From a virus (lineage: Duplodnaviria > Caudoviricetes): a stretch of DNA of 54,093 nt. Below the pieces are notes generated by a model. That model made no database searches. It worked only from the letters and a program-made list of their open reading frames with translations, and was not told the DNA's origin. Each line of letters opens with the position of its first letter. The stretch's first letter is position 1. Below are positions 27,975-38,059 of the stretch, one piece after another. The stretch lies in the IMG/VR virus record IMGVR_UViG_3300037188_000011, positions 1-54,093 of that record; one strand, 5' to 3'. Both the position numbers and the translations under genes were made by a program.

Positions 27975-28838
27975 ATGGTTGCCTATTATCAACACGACAT
28001 TGCGGCGTGGATGGATGGCACCGAAAGCCTGTCGGATGGCGAATACCGCGTTTATCACGTTGTTTGCGAGTTGATCTATCTGAACAACGGACCGATCGTG
28101 ATGCACGAAAGCGGCATCGCCGGCCGTTGCAACCAGCACCCTCTGAAGTTCCGCCGGAACCTCGAAAAACTCGTCCTCCTCGAAAAACTGGTCCTCACTG
28201 ACGCCGGGAAATTAACCAACCTGCGCGTGCAGCATGAGCTCACCAAATACGGCATGAAGCGCCGGACAAAGGACGAAGACCCCAAGCCCACCCTCGCTCC
28301 ACCCCCCCCACTACTGGGGGGGGGTGTCCTTGGGGTAGCCCGGGGGTCGCCGAGGGGTAAGCCTTCCAAGTCATTGAAAACAAAGGAGCCGGATCTCCTC
28401 GCGGGGGCGGAAGAATCTAGACGAGAAGAAACGAGTCCAGAAGCTATCGCTTCTGGCGGCGGGGCCGCGCCGGTTTATTCGGATTCGAAACACGAACTTT
28501 GGGGCGAGGGAACATTGATCCTGGTCAGCCTCGGGGTTCCGGAAGCGCGATCTCGGCAGATGATCGGCCGTTGGCTAAAATCGAATAATGACGATGCGCA
28601 ATCGCTTCTTGGAGCTATCCAGCGGGCTCGGGACAACCGCGTCGTCGATCCTATCCCGTGGGTTACGAGATCAATCGCAACAAAAAATGGAGGCTTCAAT
28701 GAAACAAATCGGAACGATAGCTCAAGAGTTGGCTTCGCGGGCCTTGGTGCCCAGCTCCGAAGACGAGTCGAGGAAAAACGTTCAGCTGCGGCTGACTTCG
28801 CCGCGCCCTCCGGTTCGGGTCGCGAGGACGGATGTTGA
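27975..28838 (+). CDS. DUF1376/YdaU-like replication initiator
   Basis: YYQHDIAAW..GT..LS..EY..Y winged-helix N-terminus, low-complexity linker with iterons, C-terminal DP..W domain. Confidence 0.75.
   Translation: MVAYYQHDIAAWMDGTESLSDGEYRVYHVVCELIYLNNGPIVMHESGIAGRCNQHPLKFRRNLEKLVLLEKLVLTDAGKLTNLRVQHELTKYGMKRRTKDEDPKPTLAPPPPLLGGGVLGVARGSPRGKPSKSLKTKEPDLLAGAEESRREETSPEAIASGGGAAPVYSDSKHELWGEGTLILVSLGVPEARSRQMIGRWLKSNNDDAQSLLGAIQRARDNRVVDPIPWVTRSIATKNGGFNETNRNDSSRVGFAGLGAQLRRRVEEKRSAAADFAAPSGSGREDGC
28279..28385. repeat. Putative replication origin: iterons at 11-bp period in inverted arrangement
   Basis: ACCCY at 28279, 28290 and 28301; GGGGT at 28321, 28332, 28343 and 28354; A-rich tract follows. 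Confidence 0.6.
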
Positions 28839-29292
28839 AATCCCGCTATCCGTATGGAGCGCGTGGACGGAGAACGGAAAGCCTCGGGAATTGCGCCGGC
28901 CTTTGGCTGACGATGAGCGCCAGGCCCTGATCGCACGCAGGAATGAACTTGCTCCATGGGTCGAGGGATATCACGAAAGCGAGCTCGATGAGGTCGCGCT
29001 GGCGCTGACGGATATGTTTGCGTCATTCCGGTCAATGCGACAGACTGGAAATGAGACCGTCGCACAGGTCGACGCGACGCGCCGGATCCTCACGCAGTTT
29101 CCATGCTGGGCGATCGAGAAGGCCTGCCGCTCGATCCAGACGAATGGGGTATGGCGCAACGAAGCTTTCGACCGGCAGTGGCCTCCAAGCGATTCGGAGA
29201 TTGTCGCTGCGGTTCGGGACGAATCCCGGCTTTACGCGGATCAGCACCGTTCCGCGGTGGCGTTGCTCGCCGCAACCGTGCAGGCAGACTGA
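28699..29292 (+). CDS. Replication-associated protein (helicase-loader position)
   Basis: RBS GGAGG; L..FPCWAIEKAC and WPPS..E motifs; directly after the initiator gene. Confidence 0.6.
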   Translation: MKQIGTIAQELASRALVPSSEDESRKNVQLRLTSPRPPVRVARTDVEIPLSVWSAWTENGKPRELRRPLADDERQALIARRNELAPWVEGYHESELDEVALALTDMFASFRSMRQTGNETVAQVDATRRILTQFPCWAIEKACRSIQTNGVWRNEAFDRQWPPSDSEIVAAVRDESRLYADQHRSAVALLAATVQAD

Positions 29293-29675
29293 TGCCGGGA
29301 GATTTCAGCGAGCCATGGGAGCCGGAGGACATCTTCGACCGTGCGGAGGCCGCGGATCGCCGCGCCCGGATCGAGGCTGCGAAGGAACGGAATGCCGCTG
29401 CATCGGCTCAGGAGGCCGTCCAGGAGGCCGCGCGCCGGGAGGCTGGAAAGGCATTCTCGCTTGAAGCCAACGAACGGATACGGATGGCTGAGTACCGTAG
29501 GGCCGGTGTATCGCCGCCGGTGATCGGCGGTGTTCCGGTCAAGACCTCGCTCCCGCTTCTGCTTTCGTTCGGATGGACGATCGGGGAGGTATTCGGGGAG
29601 CGGGCGCTGATTCGGCCACCGCAGGAACCTCAATATAAACGAAAGACCAGGGCAGATTATGACCAGAACACCTAG
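29292..29675 (+). CDS. Hypothetical protein
   Basis: TGATG coupling with the upstream gene. Confidence 0.55.
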   Translation: MPGDFSEPWEPEDIFDRAEAADRRARIEAAKERNAAASAQEAVQEAARREAGKAFSLEANERIRMAEYRRAGVSPPVIGGVPVKTSLPLLLSFGWTIGEVFGERALIRPPQEPQYKRKTRADYDQNT

Positions 29676-30180
29676 AATCATCAAATGCATCACTCTTTGG
29701 CAACCTTGGGCCTCGCTGATCATGGTCGGCGCGAAGCCATGGGAGTTCCGCAGTTGGAGCTACGTTGCGCGCGGCGTCGGGGTCCGGCCAGGAGATATCA
29801 TCGGCATTCATGCCGGCGCGCGGCCGATCAAACCGGCTGAGATTCGCGATCTGCTTGCGCGGCTAGACGACCCGATCGGATCGACCGGGTTGATCCCGGA
29901 TATTGCTCGCCCATTGCTCGACCGTTTGATGTCGACACCGAAATGTCTCGGCATCATTGAGCGGTCGGCGCTTCTCGGGACGGCGCGGATCGGTGCTCCG
30001 GTTCTCAGCTGCGATGTGAAACCAGAATGGGCCGCGCTGATCAACGACAGCGACCGGCTGGAGCATTGCAATTGGGCGTGGCCGATGACGGAAATCCATC
30101 GGTTTGCAGAGCCCATGATGATTGCCGGGCATCAAGGATTTTGGAATTGCCCGATCCCGGAAGCGGAGTTGGCAGCGTGA
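29659..30180 (+). CDS. ASCH domain protein
   Basis: ITLWQPWASLI..GAK..E.RSW, IHAG and G.QGFW motifs. Confidence 0.9.
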   Translation: MTRTPRIIKCITLWQPWASLIMVGAKPWEFRSWSYVARGVGVRPGDIIGIHAGARPIKPAEIRDLLARLDDPIGSTGLIPDIARPLLDRLMSTPKCLGIIERSALLGTARIGAPVLSCDVKPEWAALINDSDRLEHCNWAWPMTEIHRFAEPMMIAGHQGFWNCPIPEAELAA

Positions 30181-30184
30181 AAAG

Positions 30185-30580
30185 TCAACCCCGCCGCAGA
30201 TCCCGGTCCCGCCGCATGACGGCTGAAAGGCTGGTTTGGCTATCCGGCTCCATCTTGCCCTCGGCTTTGAGCCGCTGAAAGACTTCAAGGGGATTCTCTT
30301 GTTCGAGCAGGCCGGCGCGAATCAAAGCATCGGCATAATACCCGAGCACAAGGGCAACCGTCATTCGGCCGCGCTCGGTGAGGACTGTCTGCCGGGGCCG
30401 CGGCTCGCCTGTCGGGGAGCCCCGGAGAAGCCCGGAGGCTATCAGCCCGTTCCGGCATTGAACGGTGTGGGAGTCGTGAACTGAAACATCAAGCGGCCCG
30501 TCGATATGGTCGATCAACAAATCTCGCTGGTTGGCGCTAAGCTTGCGGATTGCTCCGTCCGAAATTGTTGATTTTACCAT
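30185..30580 (-). CDS. Hypothetical winged-helix-like protein
   Basis: RBS GGAG; L...GLL...LTERGR pattern. Confidence 0.55.
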   Translation of the reverse strand: MVKSTISDGAIRKLSANQRDLLIDHIDGPLDVSVHDSHTVQCRNGLIASGLLRGSPTGEPRPRQTVLTERGRMTVALVLGYYADALIRAGLLEQENPLEVFQRLKAEGKMEPDSQTSLSAVMRRDRDLRRG

Positions 30581-30696
30581 CGGAATTGTTCTCCGTTCCC
30601 CCTGCTTTTATTCCGGGAGTGGCTTGATTGTCTAGTGGTTTTGATAGATATTTTTCCATAAACACGGACATTAAAGACTTCGCAAGGAAAACAGGA

Positions 30697-30939
30697 ATGA
30701 GCGATCTGTTCGAGATGCGTCGAATGATATTTGACTGCCATCCTGACAACCTCATCACCGCAATCCGCGCTGCCAAATGGTTGCTGGGGAGGCCGAATCA
30801 GAAAGACGCGATCCTGGCCTATGGCGAGGGCGACGGCGAGGTGGCATTCTACGTCAAGCGCAACAAAGAAAGCATCTCGATCCGAGAGAACACCATGCGG
30901 CATCCTCCTATAGCAGAATCTGCACCGCCGCATAAATGA
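30697..30939 (+). CDS. Hypothetical protein
   Basis: RBS AGGA; divergent from the 30580 gene. Confidence 0.55.
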   Translation: MSDLFEMRRMIFDCHPDNLITAIRAAKWLLGRPNQKDAILAYGEGDGEVAFYVKRNKESISIRENTMRHPPIAESAPPHK

Positions 30940-31057
30940 GAGCCCAGCTACTCGCTGCTGTTGCTGCGATCGTCAAGATTACGGGTTGATAATCCATCAT
31001 GGTGTGTTTCCCTTTCTGTCAGAGGACAGTACGGGACAACCGGTTAAGGAGAGGTAA

Positions 31058-31471
31058 ATGCCGTTCGAGGATATCGTCACCGAAAAGTTGAACAAGACGC
31101 CCATGGCTACTGTCTCATACATGCCCTCGGCAACTCGCGGCAATAAGCAATCTCGCAATGCCGATCGGCGACCGCGCCTCATCATCAGTGTGCCGACAAC
31201 GATCTGCGGGGCGTCCAAGTCGAAGGCTTTCACTTTGGCGATTGGCACCGGATCAGATGCCGGTAAATTGCTGATCCGAGGCAGCACGAAGCCGGACGTC
31301 GGAATCGAGCCAACCCAATTGAAGCATTATTTCCGCTGGCACTTCGGCTATGTTCCGAAGCTCGGGGATGAACACTTCGACGGCGAAAAAGTGCCGGTCC
31401 GGAAAGTGTCGGCCGAAGAGTTCGAATTGACGGTGCCGCGAAGCTGGTTTGAGGTTTCGGATGACGCATGA
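31058..31471 (+). CDS. Hypothetical protein
   Basis: Strong RBS AAGGAGAGG. Confidence 0.65.
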   Translation: MPFEDIVTEKLNKTPMATVSYMPSATRGNKQSRNADRRPRLIISVPTTICGASKSKAFTLAIGTGSDAGKLLIRGSTKPDVGIEPTQLKHYFRWHFGYVPKLGDEHFDGEKVPVRKVSAEEFELTVPRSWFEVSDDA

Positions 31472-31716
31472 AAGCCGATCGCCCTGTCCCCATCCAGAAG
31501 CACAGAGACCCGCCGCAGCACGCCGGCGACATGCCGAAGACATGCGGGAACTGCCAGCACTGGCATCCCCGGGGAAAGTTGACCCGCCAAGAGGGAAACT
31601 GCCACAACGGCATTTCGGGGCGCATGCTGACGCGTAAAATAGACGGATGCGCGTTCGGGTTCTATCCGTCGGTTGAGAAGTTCCCGCTGCAGGCGGGGCC
31701 AGGTGGGACGCGATGA
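31468..31716 (+). CDS. Small Cys-rich protein
   Basis: CGNCQHW...GNC...GC motif; ATGA coupling. Confidence 0.55.
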   Translation: MKADRPVPIQKHRDPPQHAGDMPKTCGNCQHWHPRGKLTRQEGNCHNGISGRMLTRKIDGCAFGFYPSVEKFPLQAGPGGTR

Positions 31717-31913
31717 TTATGAAGATTATGGTTGAATCGGGGTTCCTATTGCTGGCAGCATCAGGCGGCATCGGTTTCTATCAAACGGAAAAAGCATCCG
31801 ACTTCCTATTGCTGCTGGGAGGCGGTTTGCTGGCCGCGGTCCAATTACCGGCCTTGTTCCCGTAGAGCCAATTTGCGCTTGGATTTTTGGAAAAAATACT
31901 CCATCTTGCCCCC

Positions 31914-32378
31914 ATGGTGAAAGCAAAGGGAAAGCACGGCGGCCCGAGACCCGGAGGCGGTAGGCCCAAAGGGCTCAAGAACCGCGCCACGATCGAGCGC
32001 GAGACCTTAGCCATCCAGGCCGCGCTAGAAGCGGCAAGGGCAGCTGAGAAGCGCCCCGGTGGAACCAAGCTTGCCATCCAGGAGATGCAAAAGGCGCTGG
32101 CGCTGTCCGAGGGGCTGGCCGGCAAGCTGAGACCAAAGCTGGAGGAAGGCCCGGACGGCGCATTGATAATCAAGGACGTCCAGATGTTCCGGCTGTTCGG
32201 GGAATGGTTCGACCGCTGGTTCAATATCCAGCGCGAGCTCGCCAAATATCAGTCACCGCCGATGCGCGCGGTGGAGGCACCGACACCGCCGCCGGATCCT
32301 GCCGACGTTGAGCAGAAGAGCCGGAAGCGGTTCGGCCTCCGGGTCTTTGAAGGTGGCAAACCGCTGACCTCTGCATGA
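31914..32378 (+). CDS. terS: Terminase small subunit (putative)
   Basis: HGGPRPGGGRPKGLKN N-terminus and LAKYQSP motif; overlaps terL by ATGA. Confidence 0.7.
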   Translation: MVKAKGKHGGPRPGGGRPKGLKNRATIERETLAIQAALEAARAAEKRPGGTKLAIQEMQKALALSEGLAGKLRPKLEEGPDGALIIKDVQMFRLFGEWFDRWFNIQRELAKYQSPPMRAVEAPTPPPDPADVEQKSRKRFGLRVFEGGKPLTSA

Positions 32379-33646
32379 CCGCGGATTTCCTGCTGGAATA
32401 CGAGCGACCGCAACTCTACCCGCGGCAGTCTGCGGCGATATTCGATCCGCACCGATATTCGTTGATCGAGGCCAGCACAAAGGCCGGCAAGACATCCGGG
32501 TGTATCGCCTGGATCGTTGAGCAAGCACTGGCTGGCGAGGCGGGATGGAATTATTGGTGGGTTGCCCCGGTATCCGACCAGGCGCTGATCGCGTTCCGCC
32601 GGTCGATGCGGTCGCTACCCGGCGACGTCTTTACCGCCAACATTTCGCTCAAAACGATCACGATGATCAACGGCACCGTGATCTGGTTCAAGAGCGGCGA
32701 CAAGCCAAACTCGCTTTATGGCGAGGACGTATACGGCGTCGTGATCGATGAAGCGTCCCGTATGAAAGAGGACGCCTATATCGCGATCCGGTCGACGATC
32801 ACCTATACCCGGGCGCCGATCCGAATCATCGGGAACGTCCGCGGGCGCAAGAACTGGTTTTTCCAGATGGCGCGGCGGGCCGAGCGGGATCAGACGCTCG
32901 GGATTGAGCCCAGGGAAATGGGCTACCACAAGATCGTCGCATCTGATGCCGTATCGGCCGGCGTCCTTGATGCCAAGGAGATCGAGGATGCCCGTTCCCA
33001 GATGCCGGAGCAGGCTTGGCGCGAGCTCTACCAAGCGGAACCGTCCGACGATGGCGGGAACCCGTTCGGGATGCAGCATATCGCGGCCTGCATCCGGCCG
33101 CTGTCGACCAAGCCGGCAAAGTGGTGGGGCTGGGATTTCGCCAAAAAGGTCGATTATTTCGTCGGTATCGGGCTGGATGAGGATGGCACCGTTTGTCGGT
33201 TCGAGCGCTGGCAGGGCGTCCCTTGGGGCGAATCAACCAACCGGGTCGTTTCGATGTCCAAGGGATGCCCGGCGCTCGGGGATTCGACCGGCGTCGGCGA
33301 TCCCATCGTGGAAGCCATTCAGAAGCTCGCTGGTGAGAAGTTCCAGGGCTATCACTTCACGTCGGGGTCCAAGCAAAAGCTGATGGAGGGCCTCGCCATG
33401 GCGATCCAGTCCCGGTTGGTCTGGTATCCGCCTGGTGTGATCGTCCAGGAGCTTGAGCAGTTCGAATACGAGATCACCAGGACCGGGGTTCGGTACTCGG
33501 CTCCGACCGGGTATCACGACGATTGTGTCTGTGCGCTGGCGCTGGCCCAGATGTGCCGGACCACGACCGCGGCGGCAATGGTCGACATCACGGCGGACAT
33601 GCTTCGGCAGATCGCGATGGCCGGCGGGGCGCAGCGGAGGCGGTGA
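32375..33646 (+). CDS. terL: Terminase large subunit
   Basis: Walker A ASTKAGKT, Walker B VVIDEA, nuclease motifs GWDFAK..D and HDDCVCALALA. Confidence 0.92.
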   Translation: MTADFLLEYERPQLYPRQSAAIFDPHRYSLIEASTKAGKTSGCIAWIVEQALAGEAGWNYWWVAPVSDQALIAFRRSMRSLPGDVFTANISLKTITMINGTVIWFKSGDKPNSLYGEDVYGVVIDEASRMKEDAYIAIRSTITYTRAPIRIIGNVRGRKNWFFQMARRAERDQTLGIEPREMGYHKIVASDAVSAGVLDAKEIEDARSQMPEQAWRELYQAEPSDDGGNPFGMQHIAACIRPLSTKPAKWWGWDFAKKVDYFVGIGLDEDGTVCRFERWQGVPWGESTNRVVSMSKGCPALGDSTGVGDPIVEAIQKLAGEKFQGYHFTSGSKQKLMEGLAMAIQSRLVWYPPGVIVQELEQFEYEITRTGVRYSAPTGYHDDCVCALALAQMCRTTTAAAMVDITADMLRQIAMAGGAQRRR

Positions 33647-33794
33647 TTCGAATGTATGATGTTAATGTAACCCCAGATTCTTCATGTTACGCCGGCGCTG
33701 CTCGGCCTTCATATGATCGTTCTCACGCTCGGCGCACTCTAGCACCAACGCGCGTTTGGCGATAGATAGCTTCGCAATCGCTCTCCCGTAGTCG

Positions 33795-34184
33795 CTATCC
33801 GGTTCTCAAGATCGGAGGCGATGTAGCGTGACATGATTCCCTCGCTTTCGACGGATAAAGGAGTTCGCGGCGCTTCAGCCGGGCGCCCCATTTATCCACC
33901 CGCTTCTTGTCTCGGGCCAAGGCGTTGATAGCCCGCCGCTGCGCTTTGGTCAGAAGCCACCATCCCGGGTTCGCCGCCATATAGGCGTCCCATTCGGCCG
34001 GCAGCATGTCGCCCTTGAGGTTGTTGCATATCCGGCAACAGATGACCTTCGGGCTCCGGTGTCCGCCCTTGCACCGCGGGATGGTATGATCGCGGGTCGG
34101 CATCATGTGCACGTTGCCTTGATCCATCGATCGCCGGCAGTATCCGCAGGGCTTGCCGTGGTATCGGGCGGCCAGTCTGGACAT
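33795..34184 (-). CDS. HNH endonuclease
   Basis: CGYC...TRDHTIPRCKGG...CCRICNNLKG motif. Confidence 0.8.
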   Translation of the reverse strand: MSRLAARYHGKPCGYCRRSMDQGNVHMMPTRDHTIPRCKGGHRSPKVICCRICNNLKGDMLPAEWDAYMAANPGWWLLTKAQRRAINALARDKKRVDKWGARLKRRELLYPSKARESCHATSPPILRTG

Positions 34185-34299
34185 CGGGTCGGTCCCTCGG
34201 TTCATGGCTACCCTATCAAATATTTGCGGCGCGTCCACTAGACATTGTAGAAAATTTACCCCATAACGGGAATCAGGTGCGCCTCGGCCTTTCAGGGGC

Positions 34300-35031
<732 letters not shown>

Positions 35032-35043
35032 GAAGGGCATCCC

Positions 35044-35307
35044 ATGTGGACCGACAATCTTATCCGCTTCCCGCAGGAACGCCGCACCGCTGCGGTCGAA
35101 GACTACCGGGAGGAACCGGCGAAGGTGCTGGTGCTGTATATCGGTCAGCGCCAGAGCAGCGAGGTTCCCAGCACGATTTTCGGAGTCCCGATACGAGATT
35201 ATGATCCTCTTCTCGGCGTGGAACCGGCCGAGCGCTGCCGGGAATTGTTTGACGCTATTCGGCGCATGATGGATGCGCGGGCCAAATGTCTGAGGGAAAG
35301 ATCATGA
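35044..35307 (+). CDS. Hypothetical protein
   Basis: RBS GGAAGGG; coupled to the downstream gene. Confidence 0.5.
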   Translation: MWTDNLIRFPQERRTAAVEDYREEPAKVLVLYIGQRQSSEVPSTIFGVPIRDYDPLLGVEPAERCRELFDAIRRMMDARAKCLRERS

Positions 35308-36044
35308 CGGAACGGGAAGAACTGGCGGCCCGCATCGAAACAAATCCGCCCGGATGGCTTCCGGGGGTTGGCGATGTCGTCGCCGTCACTTTTACGACTG
35401 ACGAGGCGGCTATTGTGATCGCTGCCCTCCGCACCCCATCGGTTACCGATGAGATGGTGGAGGCGGCGGCCAAAGCCCTAGAGGCGCAAGAATCGTCCAT
35501 TTTCGTGGGTGGAAGGCCTCTCGTTATTCCGATTAAAGTCACGTCAGAGGCCGTTCGCACCATCCTCACCGCCGCCCTTGCCCTCGCCCTCCCGAGTTCA
35601 CCCGCGCCGATGGAGCAATTCGGGTGGCGATGGATGTATCTGAAAGATACGACTTGGACTGTCGGCGCGGGTGCAACCATCCGAGCGGCTGCGATCGAAG
35701 AATGTGCGCTTGCTGCCCGCGCTGCATTTGATTCGTCAATTCAGGACTATGCTTTGATTGGCCCTGGCGGATTAGCAGCCAGCATGATCGGTGCAATCCG
35801 CGCCCTCATAACCAGGTCTATGCCTGGCTCTATCATGAGCGAGGCAGTGATGCCGGATTCGGGCGCGGGTGATCCTGACATCTTCGACACCCGAACCAAC
35901 GCCGGCCTGGCCGATCTAATCGAGCGCTCGCATCTGATTTCCGTGCTACATAAGAGCAACGGCATCGATCGCGCTTTTGGTGACGAAATCAAGGCGCGGA
36001 TCGTGGTGGCGTTGCGGCGCGGCGAGTCCGTAATTGGGAATTAA
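35304..36044 (+). CDS. Mosaic hypothetical protein
   Basis: Chain of short phage motifs (VTDEMVEAA, AAIEECA, AIRAL, RSMPGSIMSEA). Confidence 0.55.
   Translation: MTEREELAARIETNPPGWLPGVGDVVAVTFTTDEAAIVIAALRTPSVTDEMVEAAAKALEAQESSIFVGGRPLVIPIKVTSEAVRTILTAALALALPSSPAPMEQFGWRWMYLKDTTWTVGAGATIRAAAIEECALAARAAFDSSIQDYALIGPGGLAASMIGAIRALITRSMPGSIMSEAVMPDSGAGDPDIFDTRTNAGLADLIERSHLISVLHKSNGIDRAFGDEIKARIVVALRRGESVIGN
35812..35847 (+). repeat. 36-bp direct repeat, copy 1
   Basis: CCAGGTCTATGCCTGGCTCTATCATGAGCGAGGCAG, identical to 37324..37359. Confidence 0.9.
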
Positions 36045-36061
36045 CGAAACAGGAGAGACCA

Positions 36062-36379
36062 ATGCTCTACGACAAACGATGGGACAAGTCCGAGGTGAAG
36101 ACCGATCCGCTCACGCTGGAAAGCCTGGTGGCGTGGCTGGAGACGATGCCGGCGAGAAAGTGCTACGACTTTATGGATTGCTCCGGAAAATGTCTCTATG
36201 GCCAGTACATGACTGCTCACGGCATTTCGTGGGAAGAGTCCGGAGCCTCATCATATGGCTTCGCTCCGAAAGAGCGGGATGAGTTCTGCTCGTTGGTTTA
36301 CGAAAAGGTAGCTGGACTATGGCCGTACACCTTCGGCGCCGCGCTTACCCGTGCCCGCGCAGCGTTGTTGGGGGATTAA
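36062..36379 (+). CDS. Hypothetical protein
   Basis: RBS AGGAG; LVAWLETMP..K.YD...C.YGQY and TFGAAL.RAR motifs. Confidence 0.7.
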   Translation: MLYDKRWDKSEVKTDPLTLESLVAWLETMPARKCYDFMDCSGKCLYGQYMTAHGISWEESGASSYGFAPKERDEFCSLVYEKVAGLWPYTFGAALTRARAALLGD

Positions 36380-36388
36380 GGTAAGTGG

Positions 36389-36850
36389 ATGGGGCCGGAT
36401 TGGTACATCACGAAGGACGGCGACAAGAGTTGCCTGCAACTATATGAGCGACATTACAGCGCCTATCAATATCGAGACGGACGAAAGCGGAGTCAGTTTG
36501 TTGGCCCCGGTGAGCACATTGTTTTGCGAACCGGAGACGCGGACGCCATGTTCGTCTGGCGCAAGTTCATCGACGACAGCGGACAGCAAGGCGTCAACTG
36601 CGCCGTGTTCCGCAATGAGGCCCCGCAGCGCTACCGATCAAGCGACCTTATCCGACAGGCTGACGCCGTTGCTGATTTCTGCTGGCCTGGTGAGAGGCAT
36701 TACACATTCGTCCGTGCGGAAGCAGTCAGGAGCCGCAATCCGGGCTTCTGCTTTGTGGCCGCTGGATGGAGGCGGTCAGGAATGACCAAGAGTGGGCTTC
36801 TAATCCTCGAACGACTTTACCTTAATGCCCCGGCAAGGAACCTGACATGA
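36389..36850 (+). CDS. Mom-like / GNAT-fold DNA-modification protein (putative)
   Basis: Early RHYS motif, FRNE...SS.LI and NPGFCFVAAGW, resembling the Mom-family HY and G..Y.A.GW motifs. Confidence 0.5.
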   Translation: MGPDWYITKDGDKSCLQLYERHYSAYQYRDGRKRSQFVGPGEHIVLRTGDADAMFVWRKFIDDSGQQGVNCAVFRNEAPQRYRSSDLIRQADAVADFCWPGERHYTFVRAEAVRSRNPGFCFVAAGWRRSGMTKSGLLILERLYLNAPARNLT

Positions 36851-37299
36851 CCCGCTGCAAGCACGATCTATCCGAGGATTGCCCGGCGTGCGCTAAAGAG
36901 ACGATTGCCGCCCTCCGCGCCGATCGCGATAAATGGCACCGCGTTGCAATGGATGCCGGCGCTGTTACATGCGAGGGCGGCGTCCATCTGTTCCCGCTGA
37001 AAGACGAGAACACCGCCCTCCGCGATCGGTTGGATTTTGCAGAGTTCGAATGGAACCGGGCAACCGATGGCATGAAGGAACGGGACGCGACGATCACCGC
37101 CCTACGCTCATCCGCCGACGATCTGGTGAAGGTGCTGGATGGCCTTCTGAGCTTTGAGACGAGCAAAGCCAAGAGCAATGGATTCGCCGACTGTACTTGC
37201 GCAGGCTTCACCCGCACGACCGATCTAGCTTATGAAGCCGGCCAATGCCCACATCAGATCGCCCGCGCCGCCCTCGCAGCCTACAGGAGCAGGAAATGA
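36847..37299 (+). CDS. Hypothetical protein
   Basis: ATGA-coupled on both sides. Confidence 0.55.
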   Translation: MTRCKHDLSEDCPACAKETIAALRADRDKWHRVAMDAGAVTCEGGVHLFPLKDENTALRDRLDFAEFEWNRATDGMKERDATITALRSSADDLVKVLDGLLSFETSKAKSNGFADCTCAGFTRTTDLAYEAGQCPHQIARAALAAYRSRK

Positions 37300-37607
37300 G
37301 CGATCTGGTCGATAAATTGCGCTCCAGGTCTATGCCTGGCTCTATCATGAGCGAGGCAGCCGACGAGATCGACCGCCTCCGCGCCGCCAAGACAGCCGCG
37401 CTGAAGCTCGCGGACGAACGGGCGAAGGAAGCGGTAGAGTTGCGGGCGAAGCTTGCGAGCGCGCGGAAGGCGCTGGAGGCAATCAAGCAAGCCACGATCG
37501 ACGTCCGGATCTGTGATGACGTTGCATGGTTCGACGCCATTACCACGCTGCATGACTTCTGCGACGATGCAATCCGCGCCATCGGCGCGTTTGCCAATGT
37601 TGGGTAA
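37296..37607 (+). CDS. Hypothetical coiled-coil protein
   Basis: RBS AGGAG; MSDLVDKLR...EAADEIDRLRA phage motif. Confidence 0.6.
   Translation: MSDLVDKLRSRSMPGSIMSEAADEIDRLRAAKTAALKLADERAKEAVELRAKLASARKALEAIKQATIDVRICDDVAWFDAITTLHDFCDDAIRAIGAFANVG
37324..37359 (+). repeat. 36-bp direct repeat, copy 2
   Basis: Identical to 35812..35847. Confidence 0.9.
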
Positions 37608-37977
37608 GCACACAATCGCGGTAACCGTTCTTTTGCTGGGAATGATAATCCAGGGCCAAGCCGCCTGCCTCACAAAGCACGAAGCTAGGCATAAATATCA
37701 AACCTCATTCCTATTTTGGCACACCGAGCACCATTGCTGGGACGACCGCCGGCACAACGTCCGCCATTGGCCGGCGGCGCACAACGAGGCCAGGAGCACC
37801 CCGCCGCGGCATCAGGCCCGCGCTGCCCCACAGGAGCCCGCAGGGAAGGCGGATGTCGGGACCTCGATCTGGCCGGACCCGACCGTTACCCCGACGTGGC
37901 GGGATCGGTGGTCCGCAGAGGGCTCCATTAATCCGGCGAGGTGGCTGCAGGAGGCCTATGCGTTCGGGCGGCATTGA
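37597..37977 (+). CDS. Small secreted protein
   Basis: Hydrophobic N-terminus ...LLLGMIIQGQA|ACL; Cys pair CLTKHEAR...HHCW. Confidence 0.55.
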   Translation: MLGKHTIAVTVLLLGMIIQGQAACLTKHEARHKYQTSFLFWHTEHHCWDDRRHNVRHWPAAHNEARSTPPRHQARAAPQEPAGKADVGTSIWPDPTVTPTWRDRWSAEGSINPARWLQEAYAFGRH

Positions 37978-38029
37978 TTTGCTTTTCAAATTGAATTTGA
38001 TTAACGGTACATTTGGAAAGAATCAAATT

Positions 38030-38045
38030 TGTTTCACGTGAAACA
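38030..38045. promoter_or_regulatory. parS: Canonical parS site
   Basis: Perfect palindrome TGTTTCACGTGAAACA in an AT-rich intergenic region, 14 bp before the portal ATG. Confidence 0.85.
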
Positions 38046-38059
38046 GGGGCGCCAGCATA

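Noticed and set aside
31743-31814. TTCCTATTGCTG repeated twice before terS
   Set aside because: Only two 12-bp copies; could be a pac-related site but cannot be supported.
35812-37359. CRISPR array (36-bp repeats)
   Set aside because: Only two copies, 1.5 kb apart, both inside coding sequence.
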